Shown: in pieces, positions 19,772 through 29,593 of the stretch
Numbering within the stretch: the stretch's first letter is position 1
Layout: each line of letters opens with the position of its first letter
From: Desulfatiglandales bacterium
GTDB lineage: Bacteria > Desulfobacterota > DSM-4660 > Desulfatiglandales > Desulfatiglandaceae
Direction of reading: 5' to 3'
Length of the DNA stretch: 64,000 nt
Assembly (NCBI GenBank): GCA_963662465.1
Contig: OY759599.1
Location: forward strand, 1,376,001-1,440,000
Notes under the pieces: model-generated
Told to the model about the DNA's origin: nothing
What the model saw: the letters and a program-made list of their open reading frames with translations, nothing else
Database searches by the model: none
Translations under genes and position numbers: made by a program

Positions 19772-21674
19772 GTGCGCCTGTGAAGGCGCTTTATCAGTGC
19801 GGTGAAAGTCCGTACCGGAGTATGCCATAGCTCCGTAGCCGAAGGTAACTGCGTCGCCGCGAGGCGGGGTGGAGAGCAACCGGAGGCGAAAAGTCAGTCC
19901 GTAGGATGACGAACCCGATTCGGTGTCATGTGGTGGCGAGCCTACCGTTCCATGGTGAAGCCTGAAACTCACAGACCACGCTGTAATGGCGGTTAAAGCG
20001 ATGGTTTGACGGCATGGTATGTTTGGGGTCGGAATGACTGGAAGGTAAAGCGAGATAAGCAGGGAGACCTGTCTCTTGGGGTGACAGGAGGCAGGAGTCA
20101 GAGTCCTCATAGTACCGTAGCGACAGAACGGTCCTGCTAACAAGGCTTACGGCGTGAGACCAGTACCCGCCGCCTGCGTCGGATACCGGGTTGTGAAAAG
20201 CGCGGATAGCAAAACCGTGCCGAGGGAAGGAGGATAGGAAGATAGATACGGAAAGGTCATATAGATGCAGCTAAATCAAGCAGTCTCGGCAGTGTTGGAA
20301 ACAACTAAACGCGAGGCAGAAACCCGATGGGATTGGGTGGAAGCATCGGTGTGGACGGAACGTATGTTGGCAGCCCTGGGTAACGGGGTGAAAGGTGGTA
20401 AATGGTACAGTTTGATGGATAAGGTGTTCGCCTTGTCGACGCTGGAAGCGGCTTGGGGACGTGTCAAAGCCAATAAAGGAGCGGCAGGGATAGACCGTAT
20501 CAGCATAAAGCGCTTTAAGGAGCAGGCGGAGAAATACCTTGCCGAACTGCATGAAACCTTGAAAGCGGGAACGTACCGACCGGAAGCGGTAAAACGGGTA
20601 TACATTCCGAAAAGCGACGGCAAACAACGCCCGCTGGGGATACCCACGGTCAAAGACCGGGTAGTGCAGGCAGCGGTTAAAATGGTTATGGAGCCCATAT
20701 TCGAGCATGAATTTCTGCCGATGAGTTACGGCTTCAGGCCGCAAAGAGGTTGCAAGGACGCGTTGCGAGAAGTAGACGCGCTTATTAAGGAAGGCTACAC
20801 CTTCATACTGGACGCCGACCTGAAAAGTTACTTTGATACGATTCCGCACGATAAGCTGATGCAACAAGTCGAAATGCGCATCAGCGACGGCAAATTGCTC
20901 AATCTGATTCAAATGTTCCTGAAACAGGACGTGATGGACGGCTTGGAAAGATGGACACCGACGGGTGGTTCGCCACAAGGGGCGGTAGTCAGCCCCTTGC
21001 TTGCGAATATTTACCTGCATCCTCTTGACAGCCTGATCGCGGAATCAGGTATGCGGATGGTGCGTTACGCGGACGACTTTGTTATCCTCAGCCGCAGTCA
21101 AACGGAAGCGGAGAATGCTTTGCAAAAGGTACGGGAGTGGGTACAGGCTAATGACCTGAGCTTACACCCGGACAAGACGCATCTTGGCGACTGTCGACAA
21201 AAGGGTCAGGGATTTGAATTCCTGGGATACCGGTTTGAGGCAGGAAAGCGCTGGATACGCAGTAAAAGCCGTAAAGCCCTTCGTGATAAAATCCGGGAAG
21301 AGACCCGGCGCAAACGTAGCGGAAGTATGGAAAGCATCATTGATGATCTGAACCCCATGCTTGAAGGCTGGTTTGGTTACTTCAAACACGCCTACCGCAC
21401 TGAGTTTGCGGCGGTGGATAAGTTTGTCCGCCGACGCTTACGCGCCGTATTATTGCGTCGTAACAAACGCAAGGGCTGGGGCAAAAGCCTTGAAGCCCAC
21501 CGCCGCTGGCCGAATGCCTACTTCGCGAAAATCGGGCTTTTCACTATGCATGAGGCCCGGTTAGCAGCGTGCCGATCCCGATGAGGAAACTATCGACCGG
21601 AGAGCCGTGTGCGGGAGAACCGCATGCACGGTTCGGAGGGAGGGGAGAGCCAAGAGGCTCTTTCCTACCCCTAT
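19772..21674 (+). mobile_element. Group II intron, copy 1 (1903 bp)
   Basis: 5' GTGCG, domain V GAGAGCCGTGTGCGGGAGAACCGCATGCACGGTTC, domain VI and 3' end CCCTAT; internal RT ORF. Confidence 0.95.
20265..21584 (+). CDS. ltrA: Group II intron reverse transcriptase/maturase without endonuclease domain
   Basis: GAAGID, RPLGIPTVKDR, PQGAVVSPLLANIYL, YADD and GWFGYF; no HNH tail. Confidence 0.95.
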   Translation: MQLNQAVSAVLETTKREAETRWDWVEASVWTERMLAALGNGVKGGKWYSLMDKVFALSTLEAAWGRVKANKGAAGIDRISIKRFKEQAEKYLAELHETLKAGTYRPEAVKRVYIPKSDGKQRPLGIPTVKDRVVQAAVKMVMEPIFEHEFLPMSYGFRPQRGCKDALREVDALIKEGYTFILDADLKSYFDTIPHDKLMQQVEMRISDGKLLNLIQMFLKQDVMDGLERWTPTGGSPQGAVVSPLLANIYLHPLDSLIAESGMRMVRYADDFVILSRSQTEAENALQKVREWVQANDLSLHPDKTHLGDCRQKGQGFEFLGYRFEAGKRWIRSKSRKALRDKIREETRRKRSGSMESIIDDLNPMLEGWFGYFKHAYRTEFAAVDKFVRRRLRAVLLRRNKRKGWGKSLEAHRRWPNAYFAKIGLFTMHEARLAACRSR

Positions 21675-23577
21675 GTGCGCCTGTGAAGGCGCTTTATCAG
21701 TGCGGTGAAAGTCCGTACCGGAGTATGCCATAGCTCCGTAGCCGAAGGTAACTGCGTCGCCGCGAGGCGGGGTGGAGAGCAACCGGAGGCGAAAAGTCAG
21801 TCCGTAGGATGACGAACCCGATTCGGTGTCATGTGGTGGCGAGCCTACCGTTCCATGGTGAAGCCTGAAACTCACAGACCACGCTGTAATGGCGGTTAAA
21901 GCGATGGTTTGACGGCATGGTATGTTTGGGGTCGGAATGACTGGAAGGTAAAGCGAGATAAGCAGGGAGACCTGTCTCTTGGGGTGACAGGAGGCAGGAG
22001 TCAGAGTCCTCATAGTACCGTAGCGACAGAACGGTCCTGCTAACAAGGCTTACGGCGTGAGACCAGTACCCGCCGCCTGCGTCGGATACCGGGTTGTGAA
22101 AAGCGCGGATAGCAAAACCGTGCCGAGGGAAGGAGGATAGGAAGATAGATACGGAAAGGTCATATAGATGCAGCTAAATCAAGCAGTCTCGGCAGTGTTG
22201 GAAACAACTAAACGCGAGGCAGAAACCCGATGGGATTGGGTGGAAGCATCGGTGTGGACGGAACGTATGTTGGCAGCCCTGGGTAACGGGGTGAAAGGTG
22301 GTAAATGGTACAGTTTGATGGATAAGGTGTTCGCCTTGTCGACGCTGGAAGCGGCTTGGGGACGTGTCAAAGCCAATAAAGGAGCGGCAGGGATAGACCG
22401 TATCAGCATAAAGCGCTTTAAGGAGCAGGCGGAGAAATACCTTGCCGAACTGCATGAAACCTTGAAAGCGGGAACGTACCGACCGGAAGCGGTAAAACGG
22501 GTATACATTCCGAAAAGCGACGGCAAACAACGCCCGCTGGGGATACCCACGGTCAAAGACCGGGTAGTGCAGGCAGCGGTTAAAATGGTTATGGAGCCCA
22601 TATTCGAGCATGAATTTCTGCCGATGAGTTACGGCTTCAGGCCGCAAAGAGGTTGCAAGGACGCGTTGCGAGAAGTAGACGCGCTTATTAAGGAAGGCTA
22701 CACCTTCATACTGGACGCCGACCTGAAAAGTTACTTTGATACGATTCCGCACGATAAGCTGATGCAACAAGTCGAAATGCGCATCAGCGACGGCAAATTG
22801 CTCAATCTGATTCAAATGTTCCTGAAACAGGACGTGATGGACGGCTTGGAAAGATGGACACCGACGGGTGGTTCGCCACAAGGGGCGGTAGTCAGCCCCT
22901 TGCTTGCGAATATTTACCTGCATCCTCTTGACAGCCTGATCGCGGAATCAGGTATGCGGATGGTGCGTTACGCGGACGACTTTGTTATCCTCAGCCGCAG
23001 TCAAACGGAAGCGGAGAATGCTTTGCAAAAGGTACGGGAGTGGGTACAGGCTAATGACCTGAGCTTACACCCGGACAAGACGCATCTTGGCGACTGTCGA
23101 CAAAAGGGTCAGGGATTTGAATTCCTGGGATACCGGTTTGAGGCAGGAAAGCGCTGGATACGCAGTAAAAGCCGTAAAGCCCTTCGTGATAAAATCCGGG
23201 AAGAGACCCGGCGCAAACGTAGCGGAAGTATGGAAAGCATCATTGATGATCTGAACCCCATGCTCGAAGGCTGGTTTGGTTACTTCAAACACGCCTACCG
23301 CACTGAGTTTGCGGCGGTGGATAAGTTTGTCCGCCGACGCTTACGCGCCGTATTATTGCGTCGTAACAAACGCAAGGGCTGGGGCAAAAGCCTTGAAGCC
23401 CACCGCCGCTGGCCGAATGCCTACTTCGCGAAAATCGGGCTTTTCACTATGCATGAGGCCCGGTTAGCAGCGTGCCGATCCCGATGAGGAAACTATCGAC
23501 CGGAGAGCCGTGTGCGGGAGAACCGCATGCACGGTTCGGAGGGAGGGGAGAGCCAAGAGGCTCTTTCCTACCCCTAT
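21675..23577 (+). mobile_element. Group II intron, copy 2 (1903 bp), directly abutting copy 1
   Basis: Junction CCCTAT|GTGCG; one synonymous difference seen (21362 T versus 23265 C). Confidence 0.95.
22168..23487 (+). CDS. ltrA: Group II intron reverse transcriptase/maturase, copy 2
   Basis: Protein identical to 20265-21584. Confidence 0.95.
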   Translation: MQLNQAVSAVLETTKREAETRWDWVEASVWTERMLAALGNGVKGGKWYSLMDKVFALSTLEAAWGRVKANKGAAGIDRISIKRFKEQAEKYLAELHETLKAGTYRPEAVKRVYIPKSDGKQRPLGIPTVKDRVVQAAVKMVMEPIFEHEFLPMSYGFRPQRGCKDALREVDALIKEGYTFILDADLKSYFDTIPHDKLMQQVEMRISDGKLLNLIQMFLKQDVMDGLERWTPTGGSPQGAVVSPLLANIYLHPLDSLIAESGMRMVRYADDFVILSRSQTEAENALQKVREWVQANDLSLHPDKTHLGDCRQKGQGFEFLGYRFEAGKRWIRSKSRKALRDKIREETRRKRSGSMESIIDDLNPMLEGWFGYFKHAYRTEFAAVDKFVRRRLRAVLLRRNKRKGWGKSLEAHRRWPNAYFAKIGLFTMHEARLAACRSR

Positions 23578-23757
23578 AGTGCGAACGCGAAGTCAGCACC
23601 GATTTTCACGTTAATCCGCGATGAACCAAAATATTTTACTCATCGACGATCTATTTCGTTCAGGCGCCACGCTCAAAGTTGCCACTCAAATAATGCTCGA
23701 AAAAGCAAATGCCAAAAAAGTATGTGTATTAACAATGACAAAAACTAGGATAAACCG

Positions 23758-24507
23758 GTGAACAAAGTATTTATATCTGGATCAATATCAATAAAAAAAT
23801 TACCAGCTTCCGTAAAGGAAAGCATAAGTAAAATAGTTTCACAAAATATGCAAATATTTCTTGGTGACGCAGATGGTATTGATTCAATTGTTCAGAATTA
23901 CTGTAAATCCTTGGGGTATTCAAATGTAATCGTTTATTCTATATATTCAATTCCTAGATACATTGTCCCCGGCTTCAGTCACAAATATATTATTCCAAAC
24001 ACTACATCTAAAAATGAAAGAGAGCGTCAATCTGAAAAGGACGCTGCTATGACATATGATAGCGATTTTAGCCTAATAATTTGGAACGGGAAAAGCAAAG
24101 GAAGCTACAATAATATAATCAGAGCACTAAATGAAAATAAGAAAGCAAAAGTATATTTAGACGAAAAAGGTGAATTTCTTGGTCAAGAAAAAATGAATAA
24201 ACTCGAGATTGAATATATATACAGAGAAAATTGTGGCTATTCAGCCTCGGAGGTAGTTGAGCATTTAATACAAAAAGGCGAGGCTTTTTTAAGCCAAACT
24301 AGAGCATTCAACTCTTTTTTAATCAAAAACAAAATAATAAGAAAAGAAAATGGTATCTACAAGTCACTCCCAAATTACGAGCATTTATTCAAAATTGAAA
24401 AGTACCGAGGAAAAGAAAAAGGCATTAAGTTTACTAATCAGTTCATAAATTGGATTGAAAACAAAATAAAAGAAATAAAACAACCAGAACAAACAAGTCT
24501 TTTTTGA
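23758..24507 (+). CDS. AT-rich protein with SLOG-like N-terminal domain
   Basis: KVFISGS, GDADGID and IWNGKSKGS pattern; markedly lower GC than flanks. Confidence 0.55.
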   Translation: MNKVFISGSISIKKLPASVKESISKIVSQNMQIFLGDADGIDSIVQNYCKSLGYSNVIVYSIYSIPRYIVPGFSHKYIIPNTTSKNERERQSEKDAAMTYDSDFSLIIWNGKSKGSYNNIIRALNENKKAKVYLDEKGEFLGQEKMNKLEIEYIYRENCGYSASEVVEHLIQKGEAFLSQTRAFNSFLIKNKIIRKENGIYKSLPNYEHLFKIEKYRGKEKGIKFTNQFINWIENKIKEIKQPEQTSLF

Positions 24508-24702
24508 AGTCACCTAACCATGTGATGAAAACAGAAAGAGGAGTTGCCCTTTAGAAACAGGTTTTGAAAAACAAAAAGGACTTGAGGAAAATAAACAACT
24601 GGTTGCGACATTCAAGAAAGCCATTTTGATTTTTACCGATGGCATTGATTTCGAAGATAGGATCATCTGTAATGAGTACGGCTTCCAGAACTGATTCAGC
24701 GT

Positions 24703-24957
24703 GTGAAGGTCAATTTGCGCGCTCAGGAAGTAGACGTTTTTGAACAGACCAAAGGATCGTGGCAGCAACTGCTCTATTTTAAGGAAAGATTCATCGCAAA
24801 AGATCACCCTCTCCGACCAAAATGGGAAATATATAGTCGGAAGCTCAGGAAAATCGGATTACATGAGGACATGGGTTTGGGGCCAGGAAAAGAGGAATTT
24901 TTGGGAATGCTTGATGACTTGGGCTTGACTATAAATTTGAACAAACGAAGAAAATGA
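24703..24957 (+). pseudogene. C-terminal fragment of a phosphorothioation-associated putative methyltransferase
   Basis: KVNLRAQEVDVF..QLLYFKERF; paralogous to 49958-50401. Confidence 0.6.
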
Positions 24958-25220
24958 GGAAGAGCATGGCACTTAAAGAAGACCAGAGAAAATATATAAG
25001 CAATAAGATCCGAGAGCTTGGCACTATCAACAAAGTCAATAAATTTTATTCTCAAAACGATTTAATTTCCGAATACGCAAAAAGGATCGCGCCTAGTCTT
25101 CTTTTTCAGGACAAAACAATAGGGCCGGGTCCTGTCAAAGGCCAATTGCCCAACAGAATAATCAGAAAACCGATTACTAACTTACATTTCGCACTAAAAA
25201 ACCAAGTTTTCAGGGTTTAA
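24954..25220 (+). CDS. Small protein or fragment sharing a ~40-aa module with the RecQ tail
   Basis: ATGA overlap with upstream ORF; similar to the RecQ segment encoded at about 60440-60570. Confidence 0.5.
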   Translation: MRKSMALKEDQRKYISNKIRELGTINKVNKFYSQNDLISEYAKRIAPSLLFQDKTIGPGPVKGQLPNRIIRKPITNLHFALKNQVFRV

Positions 25221-25636
25221 TGTGTGAAGCGGCCAGAGGGGCAACTTCACAAATAATAGGAGGAAAAGATTGTCCTGAACAATGTCAAATTCATGTGTTA
25301 TGTATATAATACATGAGGCTTGCAAAATTGATGAAAAATGATGCTGTTAAGCGGTAAATAATATACAGCTCCATCCTTTGACTATATTATTACGCCTCAT
25401 AAAAGTGAATAGGGAGGCGTTATGGAGCAATTTGAAACACGGTTCAAACGAGTTGATGTATTCCCAATGGTCAAACATTTTATTAGGGTGGTTTTTTGGA
25501 TTAACTAATTGATTAAATTTAGTTTTTCCTGGTCCGACCCCAGACCAACCAACAGATTATTTCGTATTGACAAAGGCACCATTGTGACGTACATTTATGC
25601 CGCGTGTTGATAAAAAAAACTCAGGGAAACTTTACC

Positions 25637-25924
25637 ATGGATGCAGCAACTCAAAATAGAAACGAGCGGATCAACCTCCGTGTGAAAAGCAGCGCAAAGC
25701 GCCTCTTAACGCGTGCAGCCGATTTTGAGGGCAAGACCGTCAGTCATTTTATACTGACCAGTGCCTTGAAGTGTGCAGAGGAAACCGTCCAAGAGCATCA
25801 GATGATGACGTTGAATACAGAAAATTCAAGGGCCTTTTTCGATGCGCTGGCCGCTCCGGTGCGTTTTAATCGCAAATTGATCACAGCTCTTGAAGAATAT
25901 GATAAGCGCGTCATCAGCAAATGA
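25637..25924 (+). CDS. DUF1778 (RHH) antitoxin
   Basis: RNERINLRV..AADFEGKTVSHFIL..FFDALAAP; ATGA overlap with GNAT gene. Confidence 0.88.
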   Translation: MDAATQNRNERINLRVKSSAKRLLTRAADFEGKTVSHFILTSALKCAEETVQEHQMMTLNTENSRAFFDALAAPVRFNRKLITALEEYDKRVISK

Positions 25925-26463
25925 CGAATTTCCGGAATCTGGTCATAGCACCGCTGAACGCCGCTCATGACAGAGTCGGTTTCCGCTGTAATGTAGAAGC
26001 ATTGGATCAGTATATTCATAAGCAGGCAGGGCAGGATATCAGACGCCGCATCAGTCGTATTTTTGTTGCAGCGCTGCCGGACAACCCCAAAGAGGTAATG
26101 GGTTATTACAGCCTGAGCACATTATCCATTGAACTGAGGCAATTGCCGGAAAAGCTGGCCAGGAAGTTGCCGAAGCATCCAGTTCCCGCTGCTCTGATTG
26201 GCAGACTGGCAGTCAGTAAAAATGCCCAGGGATTTGGCATCGGCAAAATGCTGCTGGTAGATGCTATTCAGCGAACCCTGTCGGTCAGTGACCAGATCGC
26301 CATCTATGCCATTGTTGTTGATGCCATTAACGACAACGCCAAAGGCTTTTATGAGCAATTCGGGTTTGCCCGCTTAAGCGATGACAGTCCAAGACTGTTT
26401 CTGCCTTTAAAATCTTTTGTAAACAACCCAGTACCCATTAACCCAATACCCAGTGTCTATTAA
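25921..26463 (+). CDS. GNAT acetyltransferase toxin
   Basis: ALIGRLAVSKNAQGFGIGKMLLVDA, VDAINDNAKGFYEQFGF. Confidence 0.9.
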   Translation: MTNFRNLVIAPLNAAHDRVGFRCNVEALDQYIHKQAGQDIRRRISRIFVAALPDNPKEVMGYYSLSTLSIELRQLPEKLARKLPKHPVPAALIGRLAVSKNAQGFGIGKMLLVDAIQRTLSVSDQIAIYAIVVDAINDNAKGFYEQFGFARLSDDSPRLFLPLKSFVNNPVPINPIPSVY

Positions 26464-26570
26464 CACGTCCTTCAGATCACACCGATTGCCCAGAATTCAG
26501 CATCCAGCATCCAGCATTCAGAAAAAGCTATTTATTTTTTTATGGATGTCCCCTATTGCGTTGTAAATGG

Positions 26571-26832
26571 GGCTACGGCCACAAGCCGGGACAAAATGTT
26601 TGAACACGATTTAAAAGATTATAATGATGGACAGGATTACCATTGGCCGATAAAATGCAAACAAAATGGTGTAAAGGGGGGAAGGAACTTGTTTGGACGC
26701 TGTCTTTTAATCCTGTCCATCTAAGAAATCCTGTTCATCGTGTTCAAAACAATGAGGATGCCCACAGTGACTGATAACCCTAAAATCAAGGTTCAAACGA
26801 ATGAGAAACTGTCCCGCCTTACGTCGGTAGCC
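26571..26832. mobile_element. MITE-like family 2, copy 1 (other copies 29594-29896, 39437-39698)
   Basis: Imperfect 23-bp terminal IR GGCTAC...GGGACA / TGTCCC...GTAGCC; long internal interrupted palindrome. Confidence 0.75.
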
Positions 26833-26973
26833 GATTATAAGTTAATACATCATTCATTGCATGATATTGAGCAAACATACCACGCAAAACTCGTATGGAG
26901 TAGCACAGAAGGCTGCCAATTGTAGGGAAAGAACCGAAGGCCTTTTGGAAATTTATAATCTGACGAACGTCCC
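26833..26973. mobile_element. MITE-like family 1, left end clipped
   Basis: Matches 55262-55416; ends in AATTTATAATCTGACGAACGTCCC. Confidence 0.8.
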
Positions 26974-27108
26974 TGCCCCCCCTGCAAAGTTATTGAGATT
27001 GTCCGGTTTTAGCGTACTTGAATCTGGGTAAAAGGAAAGCGAGAGGAAATCCCTGAAAGGTTACCATGGATGCGATAAAATCAGAATTTCAGTTTGTCAA
27101 AGTGACCG

Positions 27109-27339
27109 GTGGCATTAATCCTCAGCGAACTGATTGAGAAAAAAATCCGATTCCCCAACGCTGAGGACATGGTCAGTTCAATTGACATCATCACCGACTA
27201 TTACGATGTGTCGGATGAACTGCTTCATGAGAATTCCGAATTCAAATCGTACCTGAAAGAACTGAGTACGGCAAAGGGTGATTTCAGCGAAGAAAGAATC
27301 CGAAAATTCTTCTCAGCCTTTGAACAGGCTGGTGTTTAG
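27109..27339 (+). pseudogene. Fragment of an unknown gene present four times
   Basis: MVSSIDIITDYYDVSDELLHEN.. also at 39975-40205, about 42267-42437 and about 47015-47170. Confidence 0.65.
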
Positions 27340-27429
27340 TTTGGGCAATGGAGACATTATGTTGAGAGGGAAAATGTCGAGAATCGGAATGAATAATCCG
27401 GTAAATGAAGTCTGAAAAGGACGGTCGCG

Positions 27430-28327
27430 ATGATAACAGACGCCGATAGGTTATTAAACACCCTGAATCGACTTCTGTCCCTGCCGAGAGAAAACGCATG
27501 GTATGGGGCGTGGACAACAGGACCCATTCCGTTTTGGGAACAACCTTCGCCCCCTTTGCGACAAAGGGGGCGGGCAGGCAACCGCTCATCATGTGGCTTA
27601 CGCAATTGATCTCCCCCAGACCGGATTTTCAGTTTCATGAAGTCGCGCATCCGGGTGGCCGGGTGGTGATGCTTGAAATTCATCCACCGCGTAGTGTGCC
27701 ACTGGCTTTCAAGGGCGTTCGCTATATCCGTATCGACAGCCATAAATCAAGGCTTTCCGAGCACCCTGCCAGAGAGGCCCGGCTATGGAAAGCGCTTGGA
27801 GGTGCCGAAGACTGGTCCGGGCATACCGTGCCCGAGGCTACGCTGAACGATCTGGACCCGGAGGCCATCGCGTTTGCCAGGGTTAATTTGGTGAATATCT
27901 TGTCAAGAGTGAGACCGATAGTGGCCGCCACGAAAAAATCCTGGCCGATGTTCACGCATGGGAACCATTGACGCTCCTAAATAAAGCCCGCATCACGAAA
28001 CAGGGCCATATAACCCATGCCGCGCTGTTGCTGCTTGGCCGTGATGAAGCGGCACATTTCCTGGCCCCTGCTGATGTCAAAATCAGTTGGATTCTTCATG
28101 ATGGAACAAACCGGCCCATCGGTGGACAACATTTCAGTCTGCCACTGCTCTTGGCCCCCAATGCGCTTTTCAAGCGGATCAGAAAAATAACGCTCGAATA
28201 TATGCCGGACGGCACTCTGTTTCCAACCCCAATATCTCAATATGACCCATGGGTTATCCGAGAGGCATTGCACAACTGTATTGCGCATCAGGATTACCAT
28301 TTGGCAGGAAAAATCAACGTTGGTTGA
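27430..28327 (+). pseudogene. AlbA_2/HATPase_c_4 ATP-binding protein, frameshifted and truncated
   Basis: VWGVDNRTH and IREALHNCIAHQDY; frameshift near 27884 relative to the copy at 40364. Confidence 0.75.
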
Positions 28328-28413
28328 GGGGACGGTTGACTCAATTGTGTAAAGGGGGATGGGGCTAAATAAATAAATTGACATGATTACGCTCGAATTG
28401 ATAGTTCCGGATT

Positions 28414-29091
28414 ATGCCACGATTAGCCCGTTTAGACGCTCCCGGTATTCTGCACCACGTAATCATAAGGGGCATTGAGCGTAGAAGAATATTCAGGGAC
28501 AGCAAAGACCTGGATGATTTTTTAGCGCGTTTTGGGAACCTCATTCCCGAGACAAAAACTGCCTGTTACGCCTGGGCGCTTTTAACCAACCATGCCCACT
28601 TTCTTCTGCGAACCGGAGATTCTTCTTTGGCAACCTTCATGCGGAGGCTTTTGACCGGGTATGTGGGGCAGTTTAATCGCCGACATAAGCGACATGGGCC
28701 TTTGTTTCAAAACCGTTTCAAGTCGATTGTGTGTCAAGAAGGAGATGATAGAATCCTTGGCGATAGTGAATTTGTACATGAGATGTTGAAAAAAGCAGAT
28801 GATAGATTTGATCGGTATTATGAATTAAAACGCCTCGGTTATAATCTTGAAAGTGTGGAGGCCAAGGTTTGCAGGATATATGATGTATCTGTCGAAGATA
28901 TCTATTCAAAAAGTCGTGAAAAAGTCAAAGCGGAGGCCCGGGGTCTATTTTGTTATTGGGCTGTAAGAGAGCTGGGCTATAGCATGTTGGAACTGGCGCG
29001 GCGACTTAGAATGAGTCAACCGGGAGTGGTCTACGCAGTGAGAAGGGGAGAACGTTTGGCAACCGAGAAGTGGCTTGCGCTAACCGGTTGA
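28414..29091 (+). pseudogene. RAYT/Y1 transposase with in-frame internal deletion
   Basis: CQE joined directly to GDDRILGD near 28740; the YVHLNP region seen in 57345-58349 is missing. Confidence 0.85.
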
Positions 29092-29092
29092 A

Positions 29093-29403
29093 TAAGCGAC
29101 CACCCGTTCAATGGGTGGTTTTGATATCGCCCCTATAAGGGGCCTATTGCTGGCAACGCCTGAAGGCGTAGTTTCGTAGCCACTATTGCTTGCAGCCCCT
29201 AAAGGGGCGTTACGGTTGCTTTTTCACGTTGTCTTCGATCTGATCCGCTTCTACCTGATTCTTGATGTACTTTTTTATCTCTTCTTCGTTTCTTCCAACC
29301 GTGTTGACATAATACCCTTTCGCCCAGAAATGCCGATTGCCTTTCTCTCTGAACTCCGGGTGCCGATCAAATATCATTAGCGCGCTTTTACCCTTCAAAT
29401 ACC
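29093..29403 (-). mobile_element. tnpA: IS200/IS605 tnpA 3' remnant with structured end
   Basis: KGKSALMIFDRH..HFWAKGYYVNTVG..IKKYIKNQ; hairpins such as GCCCCTAAAGGGGC downstream. Confidence 0.85.
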
Positions 29404-29405
29404 CA

Positions 29406-29593
29406 ACGAAGGCCCTGGCCTTCTGCAGTTCCGTATCTCATGCGCAATACACGGCGGAAAGGTTGACCCTGGATTATGGCATTGAGTCCCTGGCGCTTTC
29501 GGGGAGTGACCCCGGGGATATAAGAACCGCGGCACTGTCCCGTCTTGAGAACGAAAACGACTCCCTCCGGGTGATCTGCACCGTGAACATTTT
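29406..29593 (+). pseudogene. Internal fragment of a second copy of the PLD-helicase
   Basis: KALAFCSSVSHAQYTAERLTLDYGIESLALSGSDPG closely matches about 17600-17787. Confidence 0.85.

Larger units (their letters stand above)
19702..23621. repeat. 18-bp inverted repeat pair flanking the intron insertion (empty element about 114 bp)
   Basis: TCGCGGATTAACGTGAAA (19702-19719) and TTTCACGTTAATCCGCGA (23604-23621). Confidence 0.8.
25332..28230 (+). repeat. Segmental duplication A, copy 1 (about 2.9 kb)
   Basis: Near-identical to 38206-41097. Confidence 0.92.

Noticed and set aside
19709..20143. Antisense ORF over intron domain I (also 21561-22046)
   Set aside because: Shadow of structured intron RNA with no coding signal.
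20265..23487. RT genes as retron, DGR or defence RT
   Set aside because: Flanking GTGCG start, domains V/VI and a maturase domain identify group II introns; no template/variable repeat pair was seen.
25423..25485. Possible start of another transposase (MEQFETRFKRVDVFPMVKHFI) with RBS
   Set aside because: Too short to assign a family from sequence alone.
26542..26925. Short ORFs of 60-61 aa, repeated at 39408-39791
   Set aside because: They run through MITE sequences and are probably spurious.
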